From positions 19,592-83,591 of the forward strand of contig JAJRUM010000056.1 in assembly GCA_024277815.1 (NCBI GenBank): a DNA stretch of 64,000 bases, given 5' to 3'. A model generated the notes under the pieces. That model worked only from the letters and a program-made list of their open reading frames with translations. It did no database searches and was not told where the DNA came from. This DNA is from Gammaproteobacteria bacterium. Its GTDB lineage: Bacteria; Pseudomonadota; Gammaproteobacteria; Xanthomonadales; SZUA-36. Every line of letters begins with the position of its first letter. The stretch's first letter is position 1. Below, piece after piece: positions 1-9,889 of the stretch. The translations under genes and the position numbers were made by a program.

Positions 1-1367
1 TGCAGGCATTCCCGCCGGCAACGACGGCCCCTGTCACCGGTATCGATGCCGATGCCCTGAAAAACCTCGTCAGGGAGTTCTGTCGTGCAGACAGTGCCAG
101 TTGCTACGGCAGGATCGGCGTGTCCACGCAGCAATACGGCACGCTCAGCCAGTGGCTTATCATTGTATTGAACGCTGTTACCGGTAACCTGGATTCAGCC
201 GGTGGTTGCATGTTCAGCAAGCCGGCATTTGAAGTCGTTAATGCTATCCGGTCAGGCAAGAAGGGCTTCGCTGATGGTTTCAGCAGGGTCAGAAACCTGC
301 CCAACTTCAACGGCGAGTTTCCGGTGGCAACACTGGCGGAAGAAATAACAACCCCTGGAGAAGATCAGATAAGGGCATTGGTGACCGGCGCAGGCAACCC
401 GGTCCTGAGCGTGCCGAATGGCAGACAACTGGATGATGCTTTTGGGTCGCTTGAGTACATGGTCTCCATCGACATCTACCTGAACGAAACCACCCGCCAC
501 GCAAACATCATCTTGCCACCACTGTCGAGCCTGGAAAGACCCCATTACGACCTTGCCTTCCAGGCACTGGCTATCCGCAATGGTGCAAAATATTCGCAGC
601 CAGTGTTTAAGGCCGGCAAAGAACAACGATCGGATGCTCAGATATTCCTCGAGCTTACCTGGCGCATGCAATCCGGCAACTGGATTAAGCGCATTACCGG
701 TTGGCTGCAGAAAGAGTTTCTGCTGAGGCGCGGCAACGAATGGATACTCGATAAAAAACTGAAACAGAGCCCGTATTTCCAGTCACACGATCTGGACATG
801 AAAAAACTCAAGCACAATCCACATGGAATAGACCTGGGTCCATTGCAACCCTGTCTGCCCGGGCGGCTGTTTACCCCTGACAAAATGATCGACCTGGCCC
901 CGGAAATATTTGTCCAGGCTGTGCAACAGATGCGCACCAACCTGTTAGCCGACAAGCTGCCGCCACAGCGGGAAGAGTTTGACCTGCTGCTGATCGGAAG
1001 ACGTGACCCCCGCACCAATAATTCCTGGATGCACAACAGCTATCGCATGGTCAAGGGCAAGCCACGCTGCCTTGCCTATATCCACCCGCAAGATGCACAA
1101 TCCAGAGGCATAGCAGAGGGTGACGAAATCATCGTCCGTTCGCGGGTTGGTAGCGTTGAGATTCCAGCTTCACTGACAGCGGAAATGATGCCTGGCGTCA
1201 TCAGCATTCCGCACGGTTGGGGGCATGGCCTGGAGGGTGTCAAACTGAGTGTGGCGACGCAACATGCAGGGGTCAACACCAATATACTCACTGATGAGCA
1301 TTTTCTTGACTCACTTTCCGGCAACGCCGCCCTGAACGGCGTGCCGGTGTCAGTTGGCAGAGCTTAA
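1..1367 (+). CDS. Molybdopterin-dependent oxidoreductase, C-terminal part (5' end lies outside the window)
   Basis: The frame is open from base 3 (QAFPPATTAPVTGIDADALKNL...), so the GTG at 120 in the ORF track is internal. The C-terminal RCLAYIHPQDAQSRGIAEGDEIIVRSRVGSVEIPASLTAEMMPGVISIPHGWGH looks like the molybdopterin-dinucleotide-binding barrel of the DMSO-reductase/formate-dehydrogenase superfamily. Confidence 0.8.
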   Translation, partial: QAFPPATTAPVTGIDADALKNLVREFCRADSASCYGRIGVSTQQYGTLSQWLIIVLNAVTGNLDSAGGCMFSKPAFEVVNAIRSGKKGFADGFSRVRNLPNFNGEFPVATLAEEITTPGEDQIRALVTGAGNPVLSVPNGRQLDDAFGSLEYMVSIDIYLNETTRHANIILPPLSSLERPHYDLAFQALAIRNGAKYSQPVFKAGKEQRSDAQIFLELTWRMQSGNWIKRITGWLQKEFLLRRGNEWILDKKLKQSPYFQSHDLDMKKLKHNPHGIDLGPLQPCLPGRLFTPDKMIDLAPEIFVQAVQQMRTNLLADKLPPQREEFDLLLIGRRDPRTNNSWMHNSYRMVKGKPRCLAYIHPQDAQSRGIAEGDEIIVRSRVGSVEIPASLTAEMMPGVISIPHGWGHGLEGVKLSVATQHAGVNTNILTDEHFLDSLSGNAALNGVPVSVGRA

Positions 1368-1373
1368 AAAAGC

Positions 1374-2480
1374 TTACTGGTCGCTGAGCGCCGCCTGTAG
1401 TGCTTCAAGACATAAATCCACATGCTTTTCAGTGCTTGATGCGCCCATCAGGCCAATCCGCCAAATCTTGCCTGCCAGTGGGCCCAGGCCTGCACCAATT
1501 TCAAGGTTATATTCGTTCAGCAGGAAGCTTCTGACAGCCGCCTCATCTGTTCCTTCAGGAACTTTTATGGCATTCAGCTGCGGCAGTCGGTAATCAGGTT
1601 CCACACAAAACTCCAGCCCCATGTCTTCAATACCGGTGCGCAGCTTCCGATGATTGCTGGCGTGTCTCTGCCAGGAATTCTCGATCCCTTCGTCTTTAAG
1701 AATCCTGAGCGCTTCGTCCAGGGCATAAAGTGAATTAATCGGTGCGGTATGGTGATAGGCGCGTTTTGCACCGCCTCCCCAATAGCCGGTCAGCAGGTTC
1801 ATGTCCAGAAACCAGCTCTGCGGTGGTGTTTTACGCTTTGCCACTTTTGCCATCGCCGCTTCATTGAATGAAACAGGTGACAGCCCGGGTGGTGCTGACA
1901 GGCACTTCTGGGTACCGGAATAGATCACATCGATTCCCCAGTCATCAACCCGCAACTCAATGCCACCCAGTGAGGTCACCGCGTCAACAATGCTGAGGCA
2001 ATTGTAGTTTTGTGCCAGTTGGCACAGGGCCGCTGCATCCGAGCGCACCCCGGTCGATGTTTCCGAGTGTACAAAAGCCAGTGCTACGGCATCCGGATGG
2101 GCTTTCAGGACCTCTTCTACCTTGTCAGGATCTACCGGCGTTCCCCACTCAAATTCGACACACACAGGAACTGCGCCACAACGCCGCGCAATCTCAACCA
2201 TGCGGCCGGCAAATACACCATTGCTGGCGATAACAATCTCTTCACCCGGTTCGAGCAGGTTTACCAGGCAACACTCCATGCCCGCTGATCCGGGTGCGGA
2301 AATTGGCAGAGTCACACTGTTGCTGGTCTTTAGTGCATAACGCAAAAGTTCATTGAGCCCATCCATAAAGCCAATAAATGCCGGATCCAGGTGTCCGATC
2401 GTTGGCCTCGCCATCGCTGCCAGCACTTGAGGGTAGACATCCGAGGGCCCGGGGCCCATTAGGGTTCTTTTGGGTAACAT
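1374..2480 (-). CDS. Class V PLP aminotransferase (alanine/serine-glyoxylate aminotransferase family)
   Basis: 368 aa. The N-terminal LMGPGPSDVYPQVLAAM, the SGTQKCL PLP-lysine motif and the overall AGXT-like layout support the call. It is convergent with the oxidoreductase, with a 6-nt spacer. Confidence 0.85.
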   Translation of the reverse strand: MLPKRTLMGPGPSDVYPQVLAAMARPTIGHLDPAFIGFMDGLNELLRYALKTSNSVTLPISAPGSAGMECCLVNLLEPGEEIVIASNGVFAGRMVEIARRCGAVPVCVEFEWGTPVDPDKVEEVLKAHPDAVALAFVHSETSTGVRSDAAALCQLAQNYNCLSIVDAVTSLGGIELRVDDWGIDVIYSGTQKCLSAPPGLSPVSFNEAAMAKVAKRKTPPQSWFLDMNLLTGYWGGGAKRAYHHTAPINSLYALDEALRILKDEGIENSWQRHASNHRKLRTGIEDMGLEFCVEPDYRLPQLNAIKVPEGTDEAAVRSFLLNEYNLEIGAGLGPLAGKIWRIGLMGASSTEKHVDLCLEALQAALSDQ

Positions 2481-2484
2481 ACTC

Positions 2485-3087
2485 TTATCGCTCCACGCTG
2501 TACGGGTATTGAGCCAATACTTTATTTACCGAGGTGTAAATGGCATCGCGCAACTGTGTTGCCACCTTGTCATTAGCCTTAAACATCGTCACGCCTTGCC
2601 AGGCCACCTGATGCCGCTCGAGGTCAACAAAATCAATAAAGATCGATACTTCTGTCGACTTGGTGGCCCGCGTCCCGACACCGACGCCCACACCAACGGC
2701 TGATCCAGCGTACGCCCCCATGGGGTTGCCATAATAGGCACCTGTCAGGTATGGGCGGGACATACCACGTATGCTGACCTTGTCATCGACCCGCAAGGTG
2801 ACATTGATCAACAGGTCCGGCTTATCTGCTTTCCGGTAGCCCCTCGCCTGCAGTTCACGGCTTATTGCAGCGCGGTAGTGCTCACCGAATATCGGTGAAT
2901 TAAAGCCACCTTCAATGCCCATTGGTGAGAAGAAATTAAATGTCTTGTACTGGCTAAAGTCTGCTGCCGGGTCAATATCGCTACGTACCGTTAATTGCGC
3001 TGCACAGGCTGACAAAAAAATGGCCGCCACAGCTAATATGGGGTAGTACCGGCCCAATAATGGCCGTACTTGCTGGTTCTTCTTCAC
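2485..3087 (-). CDS. DUF4136-type lipoprotein
   Basis: 200 aa with a signal peptide and lipobox (AAIFLSAC). The body resembles the DUF4136 lipoprotein family, including a Gly/Val-rich loop (GVGVGVG). It lies 4 nt upstream of the aminotransferase on the same strand. Confidence 0.7.
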   Translation of the reverse strand: MKKNQQVRPLLGRYYPILAVAAIFLSACAAQLTVRSDIDPAADFSQYKTFNFFSPMGIEGGFNSPIFGEHYRAAISRELQARGYRKADKPDLLINVTLRVDDKVSIRGMSRPYLTGAYYGNPMGAYAGSAVGVGVGVGTRATKSTEVSIFIDFVDLERHQVAWQGVTMFKANDKVATQLRDAIYTSVNKVLAQYPYSVER

Positions 3088-3217
3088 AGGATATCCTCGT
3101 ATTTATGTGGCTACGAACCTCCCGGAATGGGTGCGAACGTTAGCAAATTCATTTTCCCCGAAGTCAGGTTGGTAATCAAACCCTTTCACGACCCACGCAG
3201 AAACCGGCTGCCTGCCC

Positions 3218-3223
3218 TATAAT
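3218..3223 (+). promoter_or_regulatory. Candidate -10 hexamer (TATAAT) for the ABC-F gene
   Basis: A perfect TATAAT lies 25 nt upstream of the ATG at 3248, followed by an AAGGA Shine-Dalgarno at 3235-3239. I found no convincing -35 element. Confidence 0.25.
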
Positions 3224-3247
3224 GCTTTTCCCTGAAGGAACACGAAG

Positions 3248-5167
3248 ATGCTGCAATTCAACCAAATTGAACTCCGCCGGGGTACCAAGCTGTTATTTGA
3301 AAACGCCTCCATGCAGGCGCACGCAGGACAGCGTACCGGCATCATTGGTGTCAATGGCAGCGGCAAAAGCTCGCTATTCTCTTTGCTGCTTGGTGAGCTC
3401 GAAAGTGATGCTGGTGAGCTGCAGGTCAACCCGAAAGATGTTATTGCCCATGTGGCACAGGAAAGCCCCTCCACTTCCCGGGCTGCATTGGAGTTTGTGG
3501 TAGACGGCGATCACGGCCTGCGGGCTCTGCAACAGGAAATTGCCACGCTTGAGGAAGCGGGCGAACATAACAACCGGCTCCATCGCCTCTACGAGCAAAT
3601 GGATGACATCGATGGCTACACGGCCGAAACACGGGCCGCGAGGTTATTGCACGGCCTGGGTTTCGCTGCAGCGGACGTACAAAACCCTGTCAATGAATTT
3701 TCAGGTGGCTGGCGCATGCGCCTGAATCTGGCCCAGGCCTTGATGTGCCGTTCCGATATTCTGTTACTGGATGAACCCACCAACCACCTGGATCTGTCCA
3801 CCATTGTCTGGCTGGAACGCTGGCTGAAGTCCTACCGCGGCATCCTGTTACTGATCTCCCATGACCGGGATTTTCTCGATGGCCTGTGCACACATATTGC
3901 ACATATAGAGCAGCAATCTGTAAAAACATACACCGGTAACTACAGCCAGTTTGAAGCTATTCGGGCTGAGAAACTGGCTCTACAACAGTCTATGTATACA
4001 AAACAACAGCGTGAAATCAAACATATACAGAGCTTTGTTGACAGGTTCCGTTACAAAGCTACCAAGGCGAGGCAGGCCCAAAGCAGACTGAAAATGCTGG
4101 AAAAAATGACCCGGATCGCACCGGCCCACGTGGATTCCAACTTCCACTTCCAGTTTGAACAACCTGATAAGCAGCCACAGCAGCTTATCCAGTTGGAAGG
4201 TGTGAGCATTGGCTATGGTGATACTGCCATTGTCGAGCAAATCCGTTTCCGGATCGGGGCGGGTGACCGAATCGGTTTACTGGGCGCCAATGGCGCGGGC
4301 AAATCAACGCTGGTCAAGACACTGCTAGATGGCAGCACCCTGCTTGGCGGCAAGCGGACTTTACACAAGCACACTCACATGGGGTATTTTGCTCAACACC
4401 AGCTTGAATTGTTGCGTATGGACTGTAGCCCGTTATGGCACGTACAGCAGTTGGCAGCCGACAGCAGGGAACAGGAGTTGCGTAGTCACCTCGGCCATTT
4501 TGGCTTTCGTGGTGAACGTGTCGAAGAGCCGGTTGCACCGTTTTCTGGCGGTGAAAAGGCGCGGCTTGTACTGGCGCTGCTGGTGTTGCAGAAACCCAAC
4601 CTGTTGTTGCTGGATGAACCAACCAACCACCTCGACCTGGAGATGCGCCACGCATTGAGCATGGCACTGGTCGAGTACAGCGGCGCGTTGCTGGTTATTT
4701 CACACGACCGCCATCTGCTACGCAGTGTTTGCGACGAACTTTACATCGTGCATGACGGCCGCCTTATCGAATTCAGGCAGTCCATTGATGATTACCCGGG
4801 CTGGCTCAGGTCTCAGGAGACCAGTGATGCTGATAGTACCGCTGTGTCTCAGCAGGATACCAGCTCAGCAGCAAGTCAACTTAACAAGAAACAGAACCGC
4901 CAGGCGGAGGCCAAGCGCCGGCAACAGCTGAAACCCCACAGGGACAAGGTTCGCAACATCGAAAAGCGTATGCAAAAGCACCGTTCTGAACTGTCAGATC
5001 TGGACGCAAGCCTGCATGATGAATCGCTGTACACGGACGCTGCGCGAAAAGAAGAAATGACCCAACTGTTACAAATGCAGGCAACATTAAAATCGGCGCT
5101 GGAAGCGCTCGAGTGGGAATGGCTGGAAGCCAGCGAAGCCCTTGAGGAAGCCAGCGAGGAACTCTAA
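3248..5167 (+). CDS. yheS: ABC-F family ATPase (YheS-like translation factor)
   Basis: 639 aa with two ABC cassettes (GVNGSGKST..LSGGWRMRLNLAQAL..LLLDEPTNHLD and GANGAGKSTL..FSGGEKARLVLA..LLLDEPTNHLD), no TM domain and a charged coiled-coil tail. It appears collinear with E. coli YheS as I remember it. Confidence 0.8.
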   Translation: MLQFNQIELRRGTKLLFENASMQAHAGQRTGIIGVNGSGKSSLFSLLLGELESDAGELQVNPKDVIAHVAQESPSTSRAALEFVVDGDHGLRALQQEIATLEEAGEHNNRLHRLYEQMDDIDGYTAETRAARLLHGLGFAAADVQNPVNEFSGGWRMRLNLAQALMCRSDILLLDEPTNHLDLSTIVWLERWLKSYRGILLLISHDRDFLDGLCTHIAHIEQQSVKTYTGNYSQFEAIRAEKLALQQSMYTKQQREIKHIQSFVDRFRYKATKARQAQSRLKMLEKMTRIAPAHVDSNFHFQFEQPDKQPQQLIQLEGVSIGYGDTAIVEQIRFRIGAGDRIGLLGANGAGKSTLVKTLLDGSTLLGGKRTLHKHTHMGYFAQHQLELLRMDCSPLWHVQQLAADSREQELRSHLGHFGFRGERVEEPVAPFSGGEKARLVLALLVLQKPNLLLLDEPTNHLDLEMRHALSMALVEYSGALLVISHDRHLLRSVCDELYIVHDGRLIEFRQSIDDYPGWLRSQETSDADSTAVSQQDTSSAASQLNKKQNRQAEAKRRQQLKPHRDKVRNIEKRMQKHRSELSDLDASLHDESLYTDAARKEEMTQLLQMQATLKSALEALEWEWLEASEALEEASEEL

Positions 5168-5173
5168 AGCACC

Positions 5174-7558
5174 CTACTCACCGTAAGGTATCCAGATATT
5201 CTTGATTTCAGTCGCCTTGCGCAGAAAAACCTCACCCTCGCCCTGCTGCGAATCTTCCCAGTCATGAAAACGGCCATAATTGACCCAGGTCCGCTTCATG
5301 GTAGCGGCCGCCTCGGTTTCTACCAGTTGACTGCCTTCCGCCGTACCCCAATACCACAGGCCTTCGATATCGTAGTGGCCAGCCAGCTCAGCAGTCAGCT
5401 CCTGCTGGTCGCCGGTAATGATGTTGATGACGCCGCCAGGTAAGTCAGAGGTATCCAGCACCTGGTAAAAGTCAGTGGCCAGCAGCGCATATTGCTGCGA
5501 TGGCACGACCACCACCCGGTTGCCCATGGCAATGGCCGGCATGATGGTTGACAGCAGGCCCAGCAGGCCGGCTTCTGGCGGCGCTACAATGCCGATGACG
5601 CCGAGGGCCTCTTTCATGGCCAGCGTGACGTTACGAAACGGTGTCGAATGTACCTGGCTGTCGTACTTGTCTGTCATTGCCGCATAGGTATAAATGCGCT
5701 CGATGCACAGTGCTAGTTCCGCACCCGCACCCGCTTCGTCCTTACCACTCAGTTGCGCAATACGGCGCGTGAACTCTGCACCGCGAGCTTCGAGGTTCTC
5801 AGCGATAAAATACAGCACCTGAGCACGATTATGCGCTGTGGTCAGCGTCCAGCCTTCCGCCTTGCAGGCAGCCTCGACTGCGTCGCGAATATCTTTTCGC
5901 GCACCCTTTGGGTATTCGGCCACTACCCTGCCCGCCGCATCATAGGCCTGCAGGCTGTACCCGCCATCAGGCCTGACCTGCCTGCCACCGATATAAAGCT
6001 TTGCGGTACGGTCGATGGAAACAGCGGTTGATTGTTTTTCGGTGGGTGATGCCCCCGATAGCGGATAAACAGCCTGGGCGTGCAAGGCAGTCTCCCAATC
6101 CGCTTTCAGGTATTCATACAGGCCTTCCCTGCCACCTTCGCGGCCAAAGCCTGATTCCCGGTAACCACCGAAGCCCGCTGCCGCATCAAAGGCATTGGTG
6201 CAGTTTATCCATACTGAGCCAGCCTTGAGTTTCGGCGCCACATCCAGCGCCAGGTTAATATTCTCTGTCCAGACACTCGCAGCCAGCCCGTAACGGCTGT
6301 TGTTGGCCAATGCGACCGCTTCGGCCGGCGTACGGAAGGTCATGGCAACCAGTACCGGGCCAAAAATCTCTTCCTGCGCCAGCGTTGAAGCGGGCTGAAC
6401 ATCAGTAATCAGGGTTGGCGGATAGAAACAGCCATTTTCCGGCAGCTTACAATCCGGTTGCCACACCTCACCACCCTCTTGTGCACCGAGCCGGACCAGG
6501 TCAGTGATGGTTTGTAACTGCACCGGATCAACAACAGCACCCATATCGATACCCTTGTCGAGTGAATCCCCGACCACCAGTTTCGCCATACGTACTTTGA
6601 CTTTCTCCAGCAGCGTGGCCGCCACTGATTCCTGCACCAGCAAGCGTGAACCGGCACAGCAGACCTGCCCCTGGTTAAACCAGATCGCATCCACCAGGCC
6701 CTCAACCACACTGTCGAGGTCAGCGTCTTCGTAAACAATAAATGGCGATTTACCCCCCAGTTCCAGGGTCAGTTTTTTGCCCGTGCCCGCTGTCGCCTTA
6801 CGCAGTATCCGGCCAACCTCAGTCGAACCGGTGAAGGCAATCTTCTTCACTTCAGGGTGGGCAACCAGTGCCTGGCCGGCCTTGCCGTCACCCAACAGCA
6901 GGTTGAACACACCGGCAGGCAAACCGACCTCTGCACATATCTCTGCCAGCAAAACAGCTGTAGAAGAGGTGAATTCGGCGGGCTTCAATACCACCGTATT
7001 TCCCATGGCCAGCGCCGGAGCCACTTTCCAGGAAGCCATCAACAGCGGAAAATTCCACGGGATAATCTGACCCACCACACCCAAAGGCTGGAAGCCGGGT
7101 AGTTCACGGTCGCGGACCTGTGCCCAACCCGCGTGATAGTAAAAATGCCGCGCCACCAGCGGAATATCAATATCCCGTGATTCGCGAATCGGCTTGCCGT
7201 TATCGAGGCTTTCCAATACTGCGAACAAACGACTGTGCTTCTGCACCTGACGTGCAATGGCATACAGGTAGCGAGCACGCTGATGACCGCTTAGTGCCGC
7301 CCATCCGGGTGCGGCTTTTGATGCTGCTGCCACGGCGCGGTCGGTATCTTCCTGCGCGCCGTCTGCGACCTGTGCCAGCACCGCTCCCGTTGCGGGGTCG
7401 CGGGTTTCAAAAAATTCACCGCTGGCGGGTTGCTGCCACTGCCCACCGGCAAAGTGCAGCAGCTTGTTGTCGCGGGCCGCATACCATTGTTCTGCCATCG
7501 CAGTGCTTTCCGGTGCCTTGCCGTAGTCCATGCTGGCGAAAATTTCTTTGATGCTCAT
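5174..7558 (-). CDS. Two-domain aldehyde dehydrogenase (ALDH16-type: a full ALDH domain plus a truncated, non-catalytic ALDH-like domain)
   Basis: 794 aa. Residues ~1-490 form a complete ALDH with the catalytic Glu (LELGGKSP) and Cys (NQGQVCCAGSR). Residues ~500-794 repeat only the N-terminal/NAD-binding-like half (RAQVLYFIAENLE.., GVIGIVAP, GNRVVVVPS) and carry no catalytic Cys. Confidence 0.8.
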   Translation of the reverse strand: MSIKEIFASMDYGKAPESTAMAEQWYAARDNKLLHFAGGQWQQPASGEFFETRDPATGAVLAQVADGAQEDTDRAVAAASKAAPGWAALSGHQRARYLYAIARQVQKHSRLFAVLESLDNGKPIRESRDIDIPLVARHFYYHAGWAQVRDRELPGFQPLGVVGQIIPWNFPLLMASWKVAPALAMGNTVVLKPAEFTSSTAVLLAEICAEVGLPAGVFNLLLGDGKAGQALVAHPEVKKIAFTGSTEVGRILRKATAGTGKKLTLELGGKSPFIVYEDADLDSVVEGLVDAIWFNQGQVCCAGSRLLVQESVAATLLEKVKVRMAKLVVGDSLDKGIDMGAVVDPVQLQTITDLVRLGAQEGGEVWQPDCKLPENGCFYPPTLITDVQPASTLAQEEIFGPVLVAMTFRTPAEAVALANNSRYGLAASVWTENINLALDVAPKLKAGSVWINCTNAFDAAAGFGGYRESGFGREGGREGLYEYLKADWETALHAQAVYPLSGASPTEKQSTAVSIDRTAKLYIGGRQVRPDGGYSLQAYDAAGRVVAEYPKGARKDIRDAVEAACKAEGWTLTTAHNRAQVLYFIAENLEARGAEFTRRIAQLSGKDEAGAGAELALCIERIYTYAAMTDKYDSQVHSTPFRNVTLAMKEALGVIGIVAPPEAGLLGLLSTIMPAIAMGNRVVVVPSQQYALLATDFYQVLDTSDLPGGVINIITGDQQELTAELAGHYDIEGLWYWGTAEGSQLVETEAAATMKRTWVNYGRFHDWEDSQQGEGEVFLRKATEIKNIWIPYGE

Positions 7559-7603
7559 AAATTCGTTCCGGTAATTGCTCTGCGGTTTCTATTCAACAGG
7601 TGA

Positions 7604-8533
7604 TTAGCTCATGGGGTGGCGGTACTGGGCCGAGTATTTACCCGTCAGGCGATGTTCAAGCTGGCGTTCGATATCACCCAACAGGCTGCTGGCGCCGAAA
7701 CGAAAAAGATGCGGCCCCAACCAGTCATTGCCCAGTTCTTCTTTAATCAGCACCAGGTAAGCAATGGCATCCTTGGCTTTACTGATACCACCGGCGGGCT
7801 TATAGCCTACTTTATAGCCGGTCAGGTGGTGGTATTCGCGTATCGCGCGCACCATCACCAGGCTGAACGGCAGGGTGGCATTAACCGACTCTTTGCCGGT
7901 ACTGGTTTTGATAAAATCTGCACCTGCCATCATGCAAACCCAACTGGCTTTCGCGACGTTGGTCAGGGTGGCAAGCTCACCGGTCGCCAGAATGGTTTTG
8001 ATATGTGCGTCACCACAGGCTTCGCGGTAGGCTTTGACCTCTTCGTACAGGCCTTTCCAGTCACCGGTCAGTACCTTCGCGCGGCTGATGACGATATCAA
8101 TCTCCTTGGCGCCGGCAGCTACTGAGGCGTGAATTTGTGCCAGCTTCATTTTCAACGGTATCTGACCCGCAGGGAACCCTGTAGATACAGCGGCGACCGG
8201 AATACCTGAACCCTCCAGCTCACTGACCGCTACTTCGATCAGGTTGTGGTAAACACAGACTGCGCCGGTATGAATGTTCAAATCTGCCACACCCAGGCCG
8301 GCAAGAATGTCCTTGCGCACCGGTTGGCGGGCCTTCCGGCACAGGCGTTTGACTTTACCGGGTGTGTCGTCACCCGCCAGCGTTGTCAGATCGATACAGC
8401 TTAACGCCTTAAGCAGCCAGGCCGTCTGGTGGTCTTTTTTTATCGAACGGCGTCTGGCAATGGTGCCCGCACGTCGTTCCACGGCACTTCGATTGATGCG
8501 CAAGCCGGCAAACAACTCCGGCGTATATTCCAT
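7604..8533 (-). CDS. deoC: Deoxyribose-phosphate aldolase, long eukaryote-type (DERA-like)
   Basis: Strings shared with human DERA as I remember it: AWLLKAL.CIDLTTL.GDDT, GFPAGQ, EIDIVI, KTILATGEL, FIKTSTGKE.VNAT, GYKPAGGI, FRFGASSLLGDIERQ. The start is placed at the ATG at 8533 (MEYTPELF..), but the ORF stays open to 8677, so the start is uncertain. Confidence 0.85.
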   Translation of the reverse strand: MEYTPELFAGLRINRSAVERRAGTIARRRSIKKDHQTAWLLKALSCIDLTTLAGDDTPGKVKRLCRKARQPVRKDILAGLGVADLNIHTGAVCVYHNLIEVAVSELEGSGIPVAAVSTGFPAGQIPLKMKLAQIHASVAAGAKEIDIVISRAKVLTGDWKGLYEEVKAYREACGDAHIKTILATGELATLTNVAKASWVCMMAGADFIKTSTGKESVNATLPFSLVMVRAIREYHHLTGYKVGYKPAGGISKAKDAIAYLVLIKEELGNDWLGPHLFRFGASSLLGDIERQLEHRLTGKYSAQYRHPMS

Positions 8534-8740
8534 GCCGGGGTTGCGCTCCAGGCCACGGTCTTTTGAAGCGCCCGGTTGTCTGAGGGTCAATACATTCGTC
8601 ACTGCTGGCTCCCGCCCCATATAACAGAACGTCATAGTATAAGCTTTGTTGCGCTTGCGGTTAAACCTGGCCGGCACCCGTTTTACTCAGCCAATGGCTG
8701 TTTTATGGCAAAATAGACCTTGTTCCCGATCACTATTTGA

Positions 8741-8872
8741 ATTCGCCTGATGACTCAAAACCTGTGGCTGAGACTGGAAAACCTGACGGATAAGAGATAC
8801 CGCGAACACGCATCAGGTATAGATGCCCCCGGACGCAATTTCGGTCTGTGGGTAAATTACGCTTTACCCTGA
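8741..8872 (+). pseudogene. Relic of a TonB-dependent receptor C-terminus (last ~2 beta-strands only)
   Basis: A short frame between the stop at 8738 and the stop at 8870 reads IRLMTQNLWLRLENLTDKRYREHASGIDAPGRNFGLWVNYALP*. NLxDKxY ... PGRNF ... xxY is the characteristic end of TonB-dependent receptor barrels. There is no upstream barrel or plug coding sequence, and the normally aromatic terminal residue is lost. Confidence 0.55.
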
Positions 8873-8947
8873 TGCAAGATCTGCGAGGCTGGGCTTTGGG
8901 TGCCCGGCATTACGTTCTTTTGCAAGCGGATATGCAATAATCCGCCC

Positions 8948-9889
8948 ATGAAACAGAAACTTTTACTGCCACTCCTGGTACTGGCCATGACCATGCTGCC
9001 ATTAACCGCAAGCCCTGAAAACTCCTCGACCGATAGCCCACCCAGGCCATCCTCTATCGACTTGCAAGGGCATCGTGGCGCGCGTGGCCTGCTACCGGAA
9101 AACACCATTCCCGCTTTCCTGTATGCGCTGGACGCAGGTGTCACCACACTGGAAATGGATGCTGTCATCAATGCAGAGGGGCATGTTTACGTCTCGCACG
9201 AACCGTGGATGTCAGCGGAAATATGCTCCCATGCCGACGGCCGCAAAGTTAGCGTGCAGGAAGAAAAGTCTCTCAAGATCTACACCATGAGTGATGATGA
9301 GGTCGCCAGCTATGATTGTGGCAGCCGTGGCCACCCCAGGTTCCCGCAACAGCGGCCCATGAAGGTCGCCAAGCCCCTGCTGAATGACATGTTCGAAGCA
9401 GTACGCTTACGGACGGCCGCCAGCGGTCGCCAGCCGGTACGGTTTAATATAGAGATCAAATCCGACCCCCGTGGTGATGGTCTATTTCATCCTGAAGTCG
9501 GCCAGTACGCCCGCTTACTGTATGACCTCCTGCAGCAGAACAATGTAGTAGAGCGCACCAGCATCCAGTCATTCGACCCCCGTGCGCTGGAAGCTGCCCA
9601 CGTGATTGACCCACAGGTCTCCCTCGTATTACTGGTGGAAAACCACAACGGCTTTGAGACCAACCTCAGGCGACTGAGCTTTACCCCGGATATCTACAGC
9701 CCCGACTCCGCACTGGTGGACAAAAAGCTCATAACAGCCGCCCACGCGCTGGGCATGCAGGTCATCCCCTGGACCGTCAATGATGAGCCAAGTATGCGGA
9801 GCCTGCTTGACCTGGGCGTGGATGGCCTGATTACTGATTACCCAGACCTTGGCCTCAGGGTGGTGGCGGAGATACAGCCAGGCCAATGA
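8948..9889 (+). CDS. Secreted glycerophosphodiester phosphodiesterase (GDPD family)
   Basis: Begins at the [24 protein letters not shown] (signal peptide). The GDPD motif [22 protein letters not shown] is present. Its stop overlaps the glpT start (ATGA). Confidence 0.85.
   Translation: MKQKLLLPLLVLAMTMLPLTASPENSSTDSPPRPSSIDLQGHRGARGLLPENTIPAFLYALDAGVTTLEMDAVINAEGHVYVSHEPWMSAEICSHADGRKVSVQEEKSLKIYTMSDDEVASYDCGSRGHPRFPQQRPMKVAKPLLNDMFEAVRLRTAASGRQPVRFNIEIKSDPRGDGLFHPEVGQYARLLYDLLQQNNVVERTSIQSFDPRALEAAHVIDPQVSLVLLVENHNGFETNLRRLSFTPDIYSPDSALVDKKLITAAHALGMQVIPWTVNDEPSMRSLLDLGVDGLITDYPDLGLRVVAEIQPGQ

Noticed and set aside
2670-2705. Apparent short GT/GC-rich DNA periodicity (gtcccgacaccgacgcccacaccaacggc) considered as a microsatellite
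   Set aside because: It is simply the coding sequence (on the minus strand) for the GVGVGVG loop of the DUF4136 lipoprotein. The repeat is imperfect at DNA level.
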